Source: a virus
Lineage: Duplodnaviria; Caudoviricetes
Strand: one strand, 5' to 3'
Length of the DNA: 64,000 bases
Virus record (IMG/VR): IMGVR_UViG_3300037067_004901
Coordinates: 1 to 64,000 of that record
Shown here: positions 1-7,425 of the stretch, one piece after another
Position numbering within the stretch: the first letter of the stretch is position 1
Layout: each line of letters begins with the position of its first letter
Made by a program: the position numbers and the translations under genes
Notes under the pieces: generated by a model
Database searches by the model: none
What the model saw: only the letters and a program-made list of their open reading frames with translations
What the model was told of the DNA's origin: nothing

Positions 1-21
1 AACCAATTGAGCTACCTCTGG
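1..21 (-). tRNA. 5' fragment of a tRNA truncated by the window edge (identity unknown)
   Basis: Reverse complement CCAGAGG-TA-GCTC-AATTGGTT matches an acceptor 5' strand plus D-arm; it continues the tRNA array. Confidence 0.6.
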
Positions 22-137
22 ATGAATTTTTAAATATTCTTATTCAAATCTTTAAATCATCTACTTCTTTTTTCCACGGTTTCATCATAATTGTAAATAT
101 TATAACAGCAAAAATAATGACTATAGTTTCTTTTAAA

Positions 138-566
138 TTAAAAAAGAATCGAAATATTCGCTTCATTTTTCTCCCTTAATATCTTAATTGCTTTATCATA
201 ACGTTCACGAGCGGATTCACTTGATGTTTTATAATTATGTGCTATATCCGCAAGCTTCACATCTGTTGCTATTTTTGATTTTTTTATATTTTTAATATAA
301 TCAGAATATTTTTCCGATTTTATTCTTGTTAGTATTGATACTTCTCTAACGATTTCAAATGATATTCCCATTCTTAATAAATCTCGACTATCATAATGAC
401 TATCCTCTATAACATCATGTAATAAAGCAACACTTCTACGCAAATCATCTTTAAAATTACTTGCTACTGCTTCGCAGTGTGTTATATATGGCGTAATTTT
501 ATCATGTCTATATTGATTTCGATGCGCTCTATATGCTATCTGTCTTGCTAATCTCTCATACTTCAT
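138..566 (-). CDS. HD-domain protein, Mesh1/SpoT-like (p)ppGpp hydrolase family
   Basis: AHRNQYR..PYITH, ALLHDVIED and KLADIAHN motifs typical of small alarmone hydrolases. Confidence 0.8.
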   Translation of the reverse strand: MKYERLARQIAYRAHRNQYRHDKITPYITHCEAVASNFKDDLRRSVALLHDVIEDSHYDSRDLLRMGISFEIVREVSILTRIKSEKYSDYIKNIKKSKIATDVKLADIAHNYKTSSESARERYDKAIKILREKNEANISILF

Positions 567-587
567 TATTTCGTAATACTCCTATTT

Positions 588-662
588 TGGCGAATCCGCT
601 AGGATTCGAACCTAGGTGTTTGCTTTTGGAGAGCAACATATTAGCCACTATATGACGGACTC
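588..662 (-). tRNA. tRNA-Trp(CCA)
   Basis: Cloverleaf GAGTCCG/CGGATTC, anticodon arm TTGCT-CTCCAAA-AGCAA, T-loop TTCGAAT, encoded CCA. Confidence 0.92.
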
Positions 663-804
663 TTTCTTGTCTTTATTTTTACATTCTTCACATATATCCC
701 ATTCTACAGTTTTATTTTTATCTGGACAACGACATTGTGTTATTGTCTTTAAACATATTTTACATTTTTTAATAAAGTGCGACATATGTTCCTTTCTGTT
801 TTTT

Positions 805-896
805 TGGCGGAAACTGTAGGATTTGAACCTACGAGCCGATATTAATCGACTAATACGTTAGCAGTGTATCGCCTTCAACCACTCGGCCAAGTTTCC
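805..896 (-). tRNA. tRNA-Ser(GCT)
   Basis: Acceptor GGAAACT, loop CTGCTAA, long variable arm, GCCA end. Confidence 0.92.
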
Positions 897-897
897 A

Positions 898-1116
898 TTA
901 TTTTTCAAAACTATAATTTCTAACCCTATCAGGGTCATAATCTTCATATATAAACGTTTTAATTTTATTGCAAATACAACATTGTTTTTTTATTTTAACT
1001 AAAGCATACCCATTTTTAAATACGTTTTCAGTATTTTTTTTGCATTTAGATTTTCTTTTTAAAACTAATTCTGAATCTAAAATATTATGATAACAATGTA
1101 TTAAATGCATAAACAC
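898..1116 (-). CDS. hypothetical protein
   Basis: ORF filling the gap between tRNAs on the coding strand. Confidence 0.4.
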   Translation of the reverse strand: MFMHLIHCYHNILDSELVLKRKSKCKKNTENVFKNGYALVKIKKQCCICNKIKTFIYEDYDPDRVRNYSFEK

Positions 1117-1124
1117 CTTTTTTT

Positions 1125-1201
1125 TGGTGCGTGCGATAGGACTCGAACCTATAAGAACTTAGTTTTGAGTTAAGTATGTCTGCCAATTGCATCACACACG
1201 C
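1125..1201 (-). tRNA. tRNA-Leu(CAA), short variable loop
   Basis: Loop CTCAAAA, T-arm ATAGG-TTCGAGT-CCTAT, ACCA end. Confidence 0.88.
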
Positions 1202-1202
1202 T

Positions 1203-1289
1203 TGGTGCGCAGGGAGAGAATCGAACTCTCACGTTCTTACGAACACAGGCTTTTAAGACCTATGCGGCTGCCAATTACGCCACCCACGC
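1203..1289 (-). tRNA. tRNA-Leu(TAA)
   Basis: Loop CTTAAAA, long variable arm, ACCA end. Confidence 0.92.
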
Positions 1290-1294
1290 TTATA

Positions 1295-1582
1295 TTATGT
1301 TTTGATTAATGTATTTTTTGCTCGTTCTTCTGCTAATCTATTCTTTAAATCGTCTCTTTGCTTAATTACTTTTTTTAATTCATCTTCTAAATAAATAACT
1401 TGGGATTTTAATTCAGTATTCTCTGGTTCTTTTACACCTTTATATATGAAATCATAAATACGTGCTTTTGCAACTAAAGATTCTTGAAAGAAGCGACCCT
1501 CTCTACTTTGAACTCTTGATAATACTGATAACGCTTGTTCTAATGTTTTTATTGGTGATAATTTACTTTTATTTTCTTCCAT
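1295..1582 (-). CDS. hypothetical coiled-coil protein
   Basis: 95-aa ORF with AAGGAG RBS. Confidence 0.6.
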   Translation of the reverse strand: MEENKSKLSPIKTLEQALSVLSRVQSREGRFFQESLVAKARIYDFIYKGVKEPENTELKSQVIYLEDELKKVIKQRDDLKNRLAEERAKNTLIKT

Positions 1583-1603
1583 TCTTTCTCCTTTTTATTT
1601 AAT

Positions 1604-1688
1604 TGGTGCGGATAGAAAGATTCGAACTTTCACGCCTTACAGCATATGTTTCTAAGACATACGTGGTTGCCAATTACACCATATCCGC
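1604..1688 (-). tRNA. tRNA-Leu(TAG)
   Basis: Anticodon arm TATGT-CTTAGAA-ACATA, long variable arm, ACCA end. Confidence 0.92.
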
Positions 1689-1696
1689 GTAAATTT

Positions 1697-1790
1697 TGGC
1701 GGAAGAGATAGGACTTGCACCTATATGTCTCGTTAAAAGACAGGCAGTTTTCAAGACTGTTCCACGCACTATACTGTGGTCAACTCTTCC
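1697..1790 (-). tRNA. tRNA-Ser(TGA), atypical D-arm and T-loop
   Basis: GGAAGAG/CTCTTCC acceptor, loop CTTGAAA, long variable arm, T-loop TGCAAGT, GCCA end. Confidence 0.8.
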
Positions 1791-1800
1791 TTATATATTT

Positions 1801-1876
1801 TGGCAGATGGGGTAGGATTCGAACCTACACATTACGAATTAACAGTTCGTCTCAATACCAGTTTTGATACCCATCT
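1801..1876 (-). tRNA. tRNA-Asn(GTT)
   Basis: ACGAA-CTGTTAA-TTCGT arm, T-loop TTCGAAT, GCCA end. Confidence 0.92.
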
Positions 1877-1887
1877 ACATTAATATT

Positions 1888-1962
1888 TGGTGCTTGAATC
1901 GAGTGTCGAGTCGAATCTTCTGCGCTTCAAGCAGACGCTCTTACCATTTAAGCTATTCAAGC
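1888..1962 (-). tRNA. tRNA-Phe(GAA), degenerate T-arm
   Basis: GCTTGAA/TTCAAGC acceptor, TCTGC-TTGAAGC-GCAGA arm, ACCA end; T-arm non-canonical. Confidence 0.75.
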
Positions 1963-1963
1963 T

Positions 1964-2041
1964 TGGACGCTAGAGTGAGATTTGAACTCACGATTGTAAC
2001 GTTTTGCAGACGTTTGCAATTGTCCGCTCTGCCATCTAGCG
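1964..2041 (-). tRNA. tRNA-Cys(GCA)
   Basis: AACGT-CTGCAAA-ACGTT arm, U73 discriminator, CCA end. Confidence 0.9.
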
Positions 2042-2044
2042 CAC

Positions 2045-2130
2045 TGGTAGACTGGGCGAGACTTGAACTCACAGTGGATAACTATCCGACAGCTTAAAGG
2101 GCTGTTGCTCTACCATTGAGCGACCAGTCT
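2045..2130 (-). tRNA. tRNA-Lys(TTT) with long variable arm and C33
   Basis: AGACTGG/CCAGTCT acceptor, ACAGC-CCTTTAA-GCTGT arm, extra GGATA-GT-TATCC hairpin, ACCA end. Confidence 0.82.
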
Positions 2131-2317
2131 ATTTTAATTCTTTATATTCTTGCCATAATTTATAATGTTTACAACAACACTCACCATCTATTGATTCAAA
2201 ATAACCATCTTCCGCATCATCTGAACAAGAACAGCAACAATAAATATCTTGCTTTAATTCTTCACATCTACGTTTTTTAAATTCTTCCCAATTTTCGTTA
2301 GACATATAATTTTCCAA
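2129..2317 (-). CDS. hypothetical Cys-rich protein
   Basis: Short ORF with CCCSC and CCC; true start probably the internal MSNE. Confidence 0.4.
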   Translation of the reverse strand: MENYMSNENWEEFKKRRCEELKQDIYCCCSCSDDAEDGYFESIDGECCCKHYKLWQEYKELK

Positions 2318-2355
2318 AACAAAAGAGGCGCATCGTTTTCACTCTGCGCCTCTTT
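2316..2355 (-). terminator. intrinsic terminator (attenuator) upstream of the tRNA array
   Basis: 11-bp stem AAAGAGGCGCA/TGCGCCTCTTT followed by TGTTTT; competing strand CTGCGCCT at 2382-2389. Confidence 0.8.
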
Positions 2356-2378
2356 AATCTGTTTATGTGATATAGTTT

Positions 2379-2498
2379 TTAAGGCGCAGTTCGTTTTAGA
2401 TTTTCAAAATTTATATAGTCTGATACACTCAAAAGCCATGATAAGTGGCGTTTGCTACATAAACTCTTTACTCTAATCTCTTTGCACTTTAAAAACAT
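2379..2498 (-). CDS. putative 39-aa leader peptide MFLKCKEIRVKSLCSKRHLSWLLSVSDYINFENLKRTAP
   Basis: AAAGGA RBS; last codons ACT GCG CCT TAA coincide with the antiterminator strand. Confidence 0.65.
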   Translation of the reverse strand: MFLKCKEIRVKSLCSKRHLSWLLSVSDYINFENLKRTAP

Positions 2499-2512
2499 AT
2501 ATTATCCTTTGC

Positions 2513-2606
2513 TTATATTGGTTCTCTACATGGTTTCATTATACTGGATTTCTGTCATTGAATCTCATACAGGACCTCTCGTTGGTTTATATGGTTGATT
2601 TTTCAT
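2513..2606 (-). promoter_or_regulatory. three coupled micro-ORFs (MKNQPYKPTRGPV, MRFNDRNPV, MKPCREPI)
   Basis: ORFs at 2606-2565, 2568-2539 and 2539-2513, joined by ATGA and TAATG overlaps; AGGA RBS before the first. Confidence 0.55.
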
Positions 2607-2633
2607 ATATTCCTACTATTTAAACATCGTATA

Positions 2634-2662
2634 AGTATATCACATTTTTACCATTTTGTCAA
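2634..2662 (-). promoter_or_regulatory. sigma70 promoter of the leader/tRNA array
   Basis: TTGACA-17-TATACT with extended TG. Confidence 0.8.
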
Positions 2663-2897
2663 GTTTTTTCCCACAATTTCTACAATAATAATCTAATGTG
2701 CTTATTTCTTTTTTGCAATAATCGCATATTGGAAATTTTCTTTTTTCACGTAACATTTTTTTACCATCTTTATGACAAAAATTAGCATACGCAGATTGAT
2801 ACCCGCAACTTGGGCATATTTTGTTATGTTGTGGTAGAAAATATTTTAAATTATATTTTATATCATTAATTATTATTTTTAAAAAATTCATGCTCAT
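2640..2897 (-). CDS. double zinc-ribbon protein
   Basis: CPSC, CHKD, CDYC and CRNC motifs. Confidence 0.65.
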   Translation of the reverse strand: MSMNFLKIIINDIKYNLKYFLPQHNKICPSCGYQSAYANFCHKDGKKMLREKRKFPICDYCKKEISTLDYYCRNCGKKLDKMVKM

Positions 2898-3337
2898 TCC
2901 CTTCTATCTAATTTTTTACCAAAAAACCCGCAACCCCAATTCTGATGCCGATATACACCATCTGTGTTAAACCATGTAATTCTTTTACATGCTGGACACT
3001 CTCGCACCTCCTTCGCGTGACAATTTGGACATTCATCAACACGATACATTTCTTCCCATATACCTAAGTATGGTCTGTTCTTTAATTTTTCTTTTTCTTC
3101 AGCTATTCTTTTGTAGTCTAACGGTATTTCTGTGTTACAAAATGGACATGTTCTCCAAGAAAATTTGTATTCTTTCTTTACTTTTTTCTTTTTCTTGCGA
3201 GCAGAGCCAACACCTTTTTCAGGTATTAATGGGTCGTCTATTTTTGTATGACGTTTTGTAAATTTTCTAGGATGTCCCCAATTTCCACCGGCATACTTCT
3301 TATCTTTATTATTTATACGTCCACGAGAGGCATACAT
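2894..3337 (-). CDS. hypothetical zinc-ribbon protein
   Basis: CPFC, CPNC and CPAC motifs; basic N-terminus. Confidence 0.6.
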   Translation of the reverse strand: MYASRGRINNKDKKYAGGNWGHPRKFTKRHTKIDDPLIPEKGVGSARKKKKKVKKEYKFSWRTCPFCNTEIPLDYKRIAEEKEKLKNRPYLGIWEEMYRVDECPNCHAKEVRECPACKRITWFNTDGVYRHQNWGCGFFGKKLDRRE

Positions 3338-3497
3338 AGTTTTTTTATACCTTTTTTAAGTGGCGCATTATAATATTTCTTTAGATAGGCATCCACTCGT
3401 TTCTTTTCTGCTTTTGTAAAACATAATTCTTGAATATGTTCCTTAACACCAGTTCGTAATCTATTTCTACGTTGTTTTATCAATTCAAAACCCCCTT

Positions 3498-3830
3498 CTA
3501 ACCATTATACCACGATTCTTGTATAACACTACAAGTATCATCAATGCCTAATTGTTTTAATTGTTGTTCTATTGATTTTTTAAAAAAACCAAAAGTTTCA
3601 TAATCTTTCATTGTGGATAATTCTTTACCTACATAAACATTATCTTCATCTGGGTCAGCTACACAATATAGTTTATGTTTATTAAATAAAGTCTCTGCGA
3701 AATCATAATCTTTCGTGTCAACATTATTTTTCTTTGCTACTTCTTTTAGTTTACTTCGTTCTAAAGATACACCATAAATACAAAAACTTGTTGTACTCGA
3801 ATTACTTACAAAACCATATCGTATTTTCAT
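3498..3830 (-). CDS. GFVSNSSS-motif protein 4 (MKIRYGFVSNSSTTSF)
   Basis: Shared N-terminal motif; RBS AAAGGAG. Confidence 0.8.
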   Translation of the reverse strand: MKIRYGFVSNSSTTSFCIYGVSLERSKLKEVAKKNNVDTKDYDFAETLFNKHKLYCVADPDEDNVYVGKELSTMKDYETFGFFKKSIEQQLKQLGIDDTCSVIQESWYNG

Positions 3831-3844
3831 AATACACTCCTTTC

Positions 3845-4357
3845 TTATTCACTAAAAACTTCTCCTCTTATCTTAATGTTAGCATCGTGCGATGCAATTG
3901 TTCCAGCAATGATATGTATTAATTCTCCGAAATCACACATATCATTAAACATTATTGTCCAAGTTCGTAATTCTATTCTATTTCTTGGACATACTGTTAA
4001 TTTTATATTATTTTCTTTCAGAATAGATAATACTAACTCTTTTGCGCTCATTAAATCCATATCTTTTAAAAGTTGATTATAGTATTTCACTTTATCTTCT
4101 GATTCTTTTAACCATATTTTATGTAATTCAAGACGATTTTTATCTTTTGCTTCTTTAATTTCTGAACGTGTTTCTTTTACAAATTTTTCTTGCATTTCTA
4201 TTTGTTTTTTTATAAAACATGTAAACCCTCGCTTCGAGAATATACTATATGTAAAATCTGCAAGCATATTTTGTACAAATTCTTCAAAATCAATTCCTAA
4301 AGTCAAAACATAACTTGCACTGCTACTATTGCTTACAAAACCATGTCTGATTTTCAT
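3845..4357 (-). CDS. GFVSNSSS-motif protein 3 (MKIRHGFVSNSSSASY)
   Basis: Shared N-terminal motif; RBS AAGGAG. Confidence 0.8.
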   Translation of the reverse strand: MKIRHGFVSNSSSASYVLTLGIDFEEFVQNMLADFTYSIFSKRGFTCFIKKQIEMQEKFVKETRSEIKEAKDKNRLELHKIWLKESEDKVKYYNQLLKDMDLMSAKELVLSILKENNIKLTVCPRNRIELRTWTIMFNDMCDFGELIHIIAGTIASHDANIKIRGEVFSE

Positions 4358-4367
4358 TTTATTCTCC

Positions 4368-4730
4368 TTATCCTAAATGTACACGTTTAGCATTAAACAC
4401 ATCAGATATTAAATCGAATATTTCATAAGGTATTGAATTATCATCCGCACTGTTGACGAGTATTAAGTCTTTCTTATATCCTATCTTTGAATTCCAACCT
4501 TCATTTAAATATCGTATAGCTTCTTTATCAGCTATTCTCGGTTCTTGAAAAATGTCTTCAAACTTTGCGTTTGAGTCGATAATCCCCATTGCTTTAACAA
4601 AATCAAATATTTGATGTGTTTTCTTGATAACTTCATCGAGTGTTACTTTTTTCCTGCCTTCATACATATTCACATTACAAACAAAACTACTTGAACTACT
4701 GTTACTGACAAATCCTAATCTAGTTTTCAT
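4368..4730 (-). CDS. GFVSNSSS-motif protein 2 (MKTRLGFVSNSSSSSF)
   Basis: Start re-assigned to the internal ATG at 4730, which overlaps the upstream stop (TAATG). Confidence 0.8.
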   Translation of the reverse strand: MKTRLGFVSNSSSSSFVCNVNMYEGRKKVTLDEVIKKTHQIFDFVKAMGIIDSNAKFEDIFQEPRIADKEAIRYLNEGWNSKIGYKKDLILVNSADDNSIPYEIFDLISDVFNAKRVHLG

Positions 4731-5038
4731 TAGCGCCCTCTCGTTCCATATATTATTTTTATATCTTCTTTTTTTAAACCACATTCTTCAATTGTTTTAA
4801 TAGCTTCTTTTGTTGCTAAATCAATATCTATTGCACCACACTCTAAATAATCTTCGTTATTATTATCCATAATGACTTTACCTAAAAAACCAGGTCCATA
4901 ACTATCACTTAAATAATTATTGCCATTATCTAATAAGTTTTTGTCTATCTTTTCATATTGTAATTTATTTAATGAAACACCAATAATAACAAAAGATGAA
5001 GAACTTGAATTACTTACGAATCCCATCCGAACTTTCAT
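4730..5038 (-). CDS. GFVSNSSS-motif protein 1 (MKVRMGFVSNSSSSSF)
   Basis: Shared N-terminal motif; RBS AAGGAG. Confidence 0.8.
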   Translation of the reverse strand: MKVRMGFVSNSSSSSFVIIGVSLNKLQYEKIDKNLLDNGNNYLSDSYGPGFLGKVIMDNNNEDYLECGAIDIDLATKEAIKTIEECGLKKEDIKIIYGTRGR

Positions 5039-5696
5039 TTGTTTTCTCCTTTTGTAACTTCATTTTTTTATAATATGGATTATTTTTTCCTTTTAAATAT
5101 TTATTTATATATTTTTGTTTTTCTTTTTTAGAAACATTATTCATCCAACATTTATTTTTAAGTTGTTTTTTATTTAATTTACTTTGATAATTATTTTTGC
5201 CTCTTAAATTTTTATTTAACCAATTTTCACGTTCTTCTATTGACATTTTATTTAAATAATGATTTTTCCCACTAATAATAGAATTATTATAATTTGGATT
5301 ATTTTTTCCTAATCTATATTTTTTCATCCATTGTTTCTTTTTATTTTTTCCCATCCTATTTAAATAATGAAATTCCCCCTTACATCCAAAATTATTATCT
5401 CCACCAACAGTAAGATTATATCCATATTTTTTATTTAACGGTGCATATGTTTTTAATTTTTTGATATAATATTTTTCCAGTTTGTTTAATTCACTTATCT
5501 TGCATATCCTTATATAATCAAATGTAAAATTATGAAATCCATATTTTTTGATAGCATAATCAAACCCTATTTTTGCAATTTTTGAGTGTCGTAAATGCCA
5601 CTTAATTCTTGTTTCTAAATTATGTATAGTTTGCCCTATATATTTTTTATTATTTATTTTATTAACTGCTAAATATATTATTCCTTTTCTATTCAT
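5010..5696 (-). CDS. GIY-YIG homing endonuclease with NUMOD-like repeats
   Basis: GIIY..NKINNKKYIGQT, E..YI, GYNLTVGG; repeated GKNNPxY motifs. Confidence 0.85.
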   Translation of the reverse strand: MNRKGIIYLAVNKINNKKYIGQTIHNLETRIKWHLRHSKIAKIGFDYAIKKYGFHNFTFDYIRICKISELNKLEKYYIKKLKTYAPLNKKYGYNLTVGGDNNFGCKGEFHYLNRMGKNKKKQWMKKYRLGKNNPNYNNSIISGKNHYLNKMSIEERENWLNKNLRGKNNYQSKLNKKQLKNKCWMNNVSKKEKQKYINKYLKGKNNPYYKKMKLQKEKTNESSDGIRK

Positions 5697-6747
5697 TGCT
5701 ACCTATTTTAAATAAAATACAATTTCTATTATTATTTAATAATTTATTTCTAAATTCATTTGTTTTCTTTCCGCGCCAAATATTTGCAAGAAAATGTCTT
5801 GTTTTTAACACATCAATACCTTTTTCCCAATTTATTTCATTTTCACAAAAACTACATGGAAAGAACATACCATCTACATTTATATAACCAGAAAATAAAC
5901 ATGATTCACATGGTTCTGCCATTTTTTCTAATGATTTATAATCTATTCTATCTTTTATAGCTCTTAAAAACATGTTACAACCACAACTATCAAATCCGAT
6001 TCTTACATTATTTGTAAAAGCATAATCTACTAATTTTTTATATTTATCCAGTGAAGTTAATTGATGTAATTTATTTCGCTTACCTTTGGGTTTAAGCCAT
6101 AAGAAAACGATTGCGTTTAACTTTTCAAGACGTTTATCTTCTTTTGATAATTTCATTAATTCAAAACATTTATCATATGTTTCCTCGCAAAGAAGTGCGT
6201 GTATATTAACTTGCTTCATATTTCTATCTGTTAATTTTTGCACAGCATTGAAACAAGTTTCAAAACCATAATTGCTAACAGCAACAGCACCGCATAATCT
6301 CGCAAGATTGTCTGCGTATTCATCAGTAAGATTATCCCCATTTATTGTAATATTAGGTATTATTTTATTATCTCTGCAAAATTGCATTATCTTAAATAAG
6401 TCGGGATTTGCAGAAATATCACCGATACCAAACGCCGCCTGCGTGAGTGTGTCGGGGAATTTTTTAAACAGTTCAACAAATGTTGAATAAGACATATTTT
6501 TACCTTTAGCTGTATTCGATTTATAACACCAATTACAAGCACGAGAACAGATGCTTGATAATTCTATATCCAGTATCTCTGGGCCTATAGCACTATATTG
6601 TGGGTCGTCATTTAAAGTAGCACCAAAACGGATAAAAACTCCGTTTGTTCTATTAAAAGAATAATTATAATTGTGTGATTTTAATAACTTTATTTCTTCA
6701 CCCTTTTTATTCTTTGTTTCTGCAATCGAATACGCTATCATCTTCAT
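5689..6747 (-). CDS. radical SAM protein with C-terminal SPASM/twitch-like cysteines
   Basis: CSRACNWC (CX3CX2C); C-terminal PCES...YINVDG.FFPCSFC...RNC. Confidence 0.9.
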   Translation of the reverse strand: MKMIAYSIAETKNKKGEEIKLLKSHNYNYSFNRTNGVFIRFGATLNDDPQYSAIGPEILDIELSSICSRACNWCYKSNTAKGKNMSYSTFVELFKKFPDTLTQAAFGIGDISANPDLFKIMQFCRDNKIIPNITINGDNLTDEYADNLARLCGAVAVSNYGFETCFNAVQKLTDRNMKQVNIHALLCEETYDKCFELMKLSKEDKRLEKLNAIVFLWLKPKGKRNKLHQLTSLDKYKKLVDYAFTNNVRIGFDSCGCNMFLRAIKDRIDYKSLEKMAEPCESCLFSGYINVDGMFFPCSFCENEINWEKGIDVLKTRHFLANIWRGKKTNEFRNKLLNNNRNCILFKIGSNE

Positions 6748-6769
6748 CTCCTTTTTTTAGAACGATATC

Positions 6770-7024
6770 TTATCCAAGATACCATTCATTTAGTTTCTTA
6801 TTATTTAACTTCAAATACATTGCTTTATAAGCTCTACCACGCGCAATGTTTATTCCTCTTTCTCTGTTCTCAATATCATCATCAGAAAGACGAGAAGCGC
6901 CGTAATATTCTTTTTTTCTGCTGTCTATTAATTTGACAATAGTGTAACGTCCATTAACATTTACTTCCTCTTTTTCGATAGTAACGTGAATCTTTTCTAA
7001 CAAATCAAACAATTTCTTTTGCAT
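6770..7024 (-). CDS. small phage protein with G-x-S...D...G-x2-IA-x2-RA motif
   Basis: YYGASRLSDDDIENRERGINIARGRAY. Confidence 0.55.
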   Translation of the reverse strand: MQKKLFDLLEKIHVTIEKEEVNVNGRYTIVKLIDSRKKEYYGASRLSDDDIENRERGINIARGRAYKAMYLKLNNKKLNEWYLG

Positions 7025-7040
7025 TTTTTTCTCCTTGTTT

Positions 7041-7424
7041 TTATAAGTAATATACTATATCAACAGTATATATTAATTTAAATACTAAGTGCCATAATTG
7101 GTCACTGATTGGATTCAGATTATTATTACATTTATTAAAGTCTATAATCCAATGTGAAAACAATTCTATCATAGCAAATGCGAATGATATATACAAATTA
7201 CGCATTAAAAAATATGATACAAAAAATACACAACCTGCTTGTATAACAGAATGATGAGTGAGCCACATATACCAAAGATTCATTGCTTTTTGACCTTTAG
7301 GAACTCTACTCAAATCTATTTCTCTGTTCTTATTTTTACCTTTTGCCATCGCATCTGTTTGCAATGCTGTATCTGCAATGCAATGCGCAAAAAGATATAA
7401 GAAAAATATCATTAAAAATTTCAT
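7041..7424 (-). CDS. DUF3307-like membrane protein
   Basis: AHCIADTALQTDAMAKGK, HWIIDFNK and DQLWH motifs. Confidence 0.75.
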   Translation of the reverse strand: MKFLMIFFLYLFAHCIADTALQTDAMAKGKNKNREIDLSRVPKGQKAMNLWYMWLTHHSVIQAGCVFFVSYFLMRNLYISFAFAMIELFSHWIIDFNKCNNNLNPISDQLWHLVFKLIYTVDIVYYL

Positions 7425-7425
7425 T

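Noticed and set aside
1697-1790. tRNA-Sec
   Set aside because: The anticodon is TGA (reads UCA), not TCA, and the acceptor stem is 7 bp
2045-2130. Ochre suppressor tRNA (TTA) and a recoded genetic code
   Set aside because: The anticodon stem pairs only with TTT centred, and long conserved genes read through intact in code 11 with all three stop codons in use
5010-5696. Group I intron carrying the endonuclease
   Set aside because: The ORF overlaps both flanking genes, leaving no room for an intron core, and both flanking genes are intact
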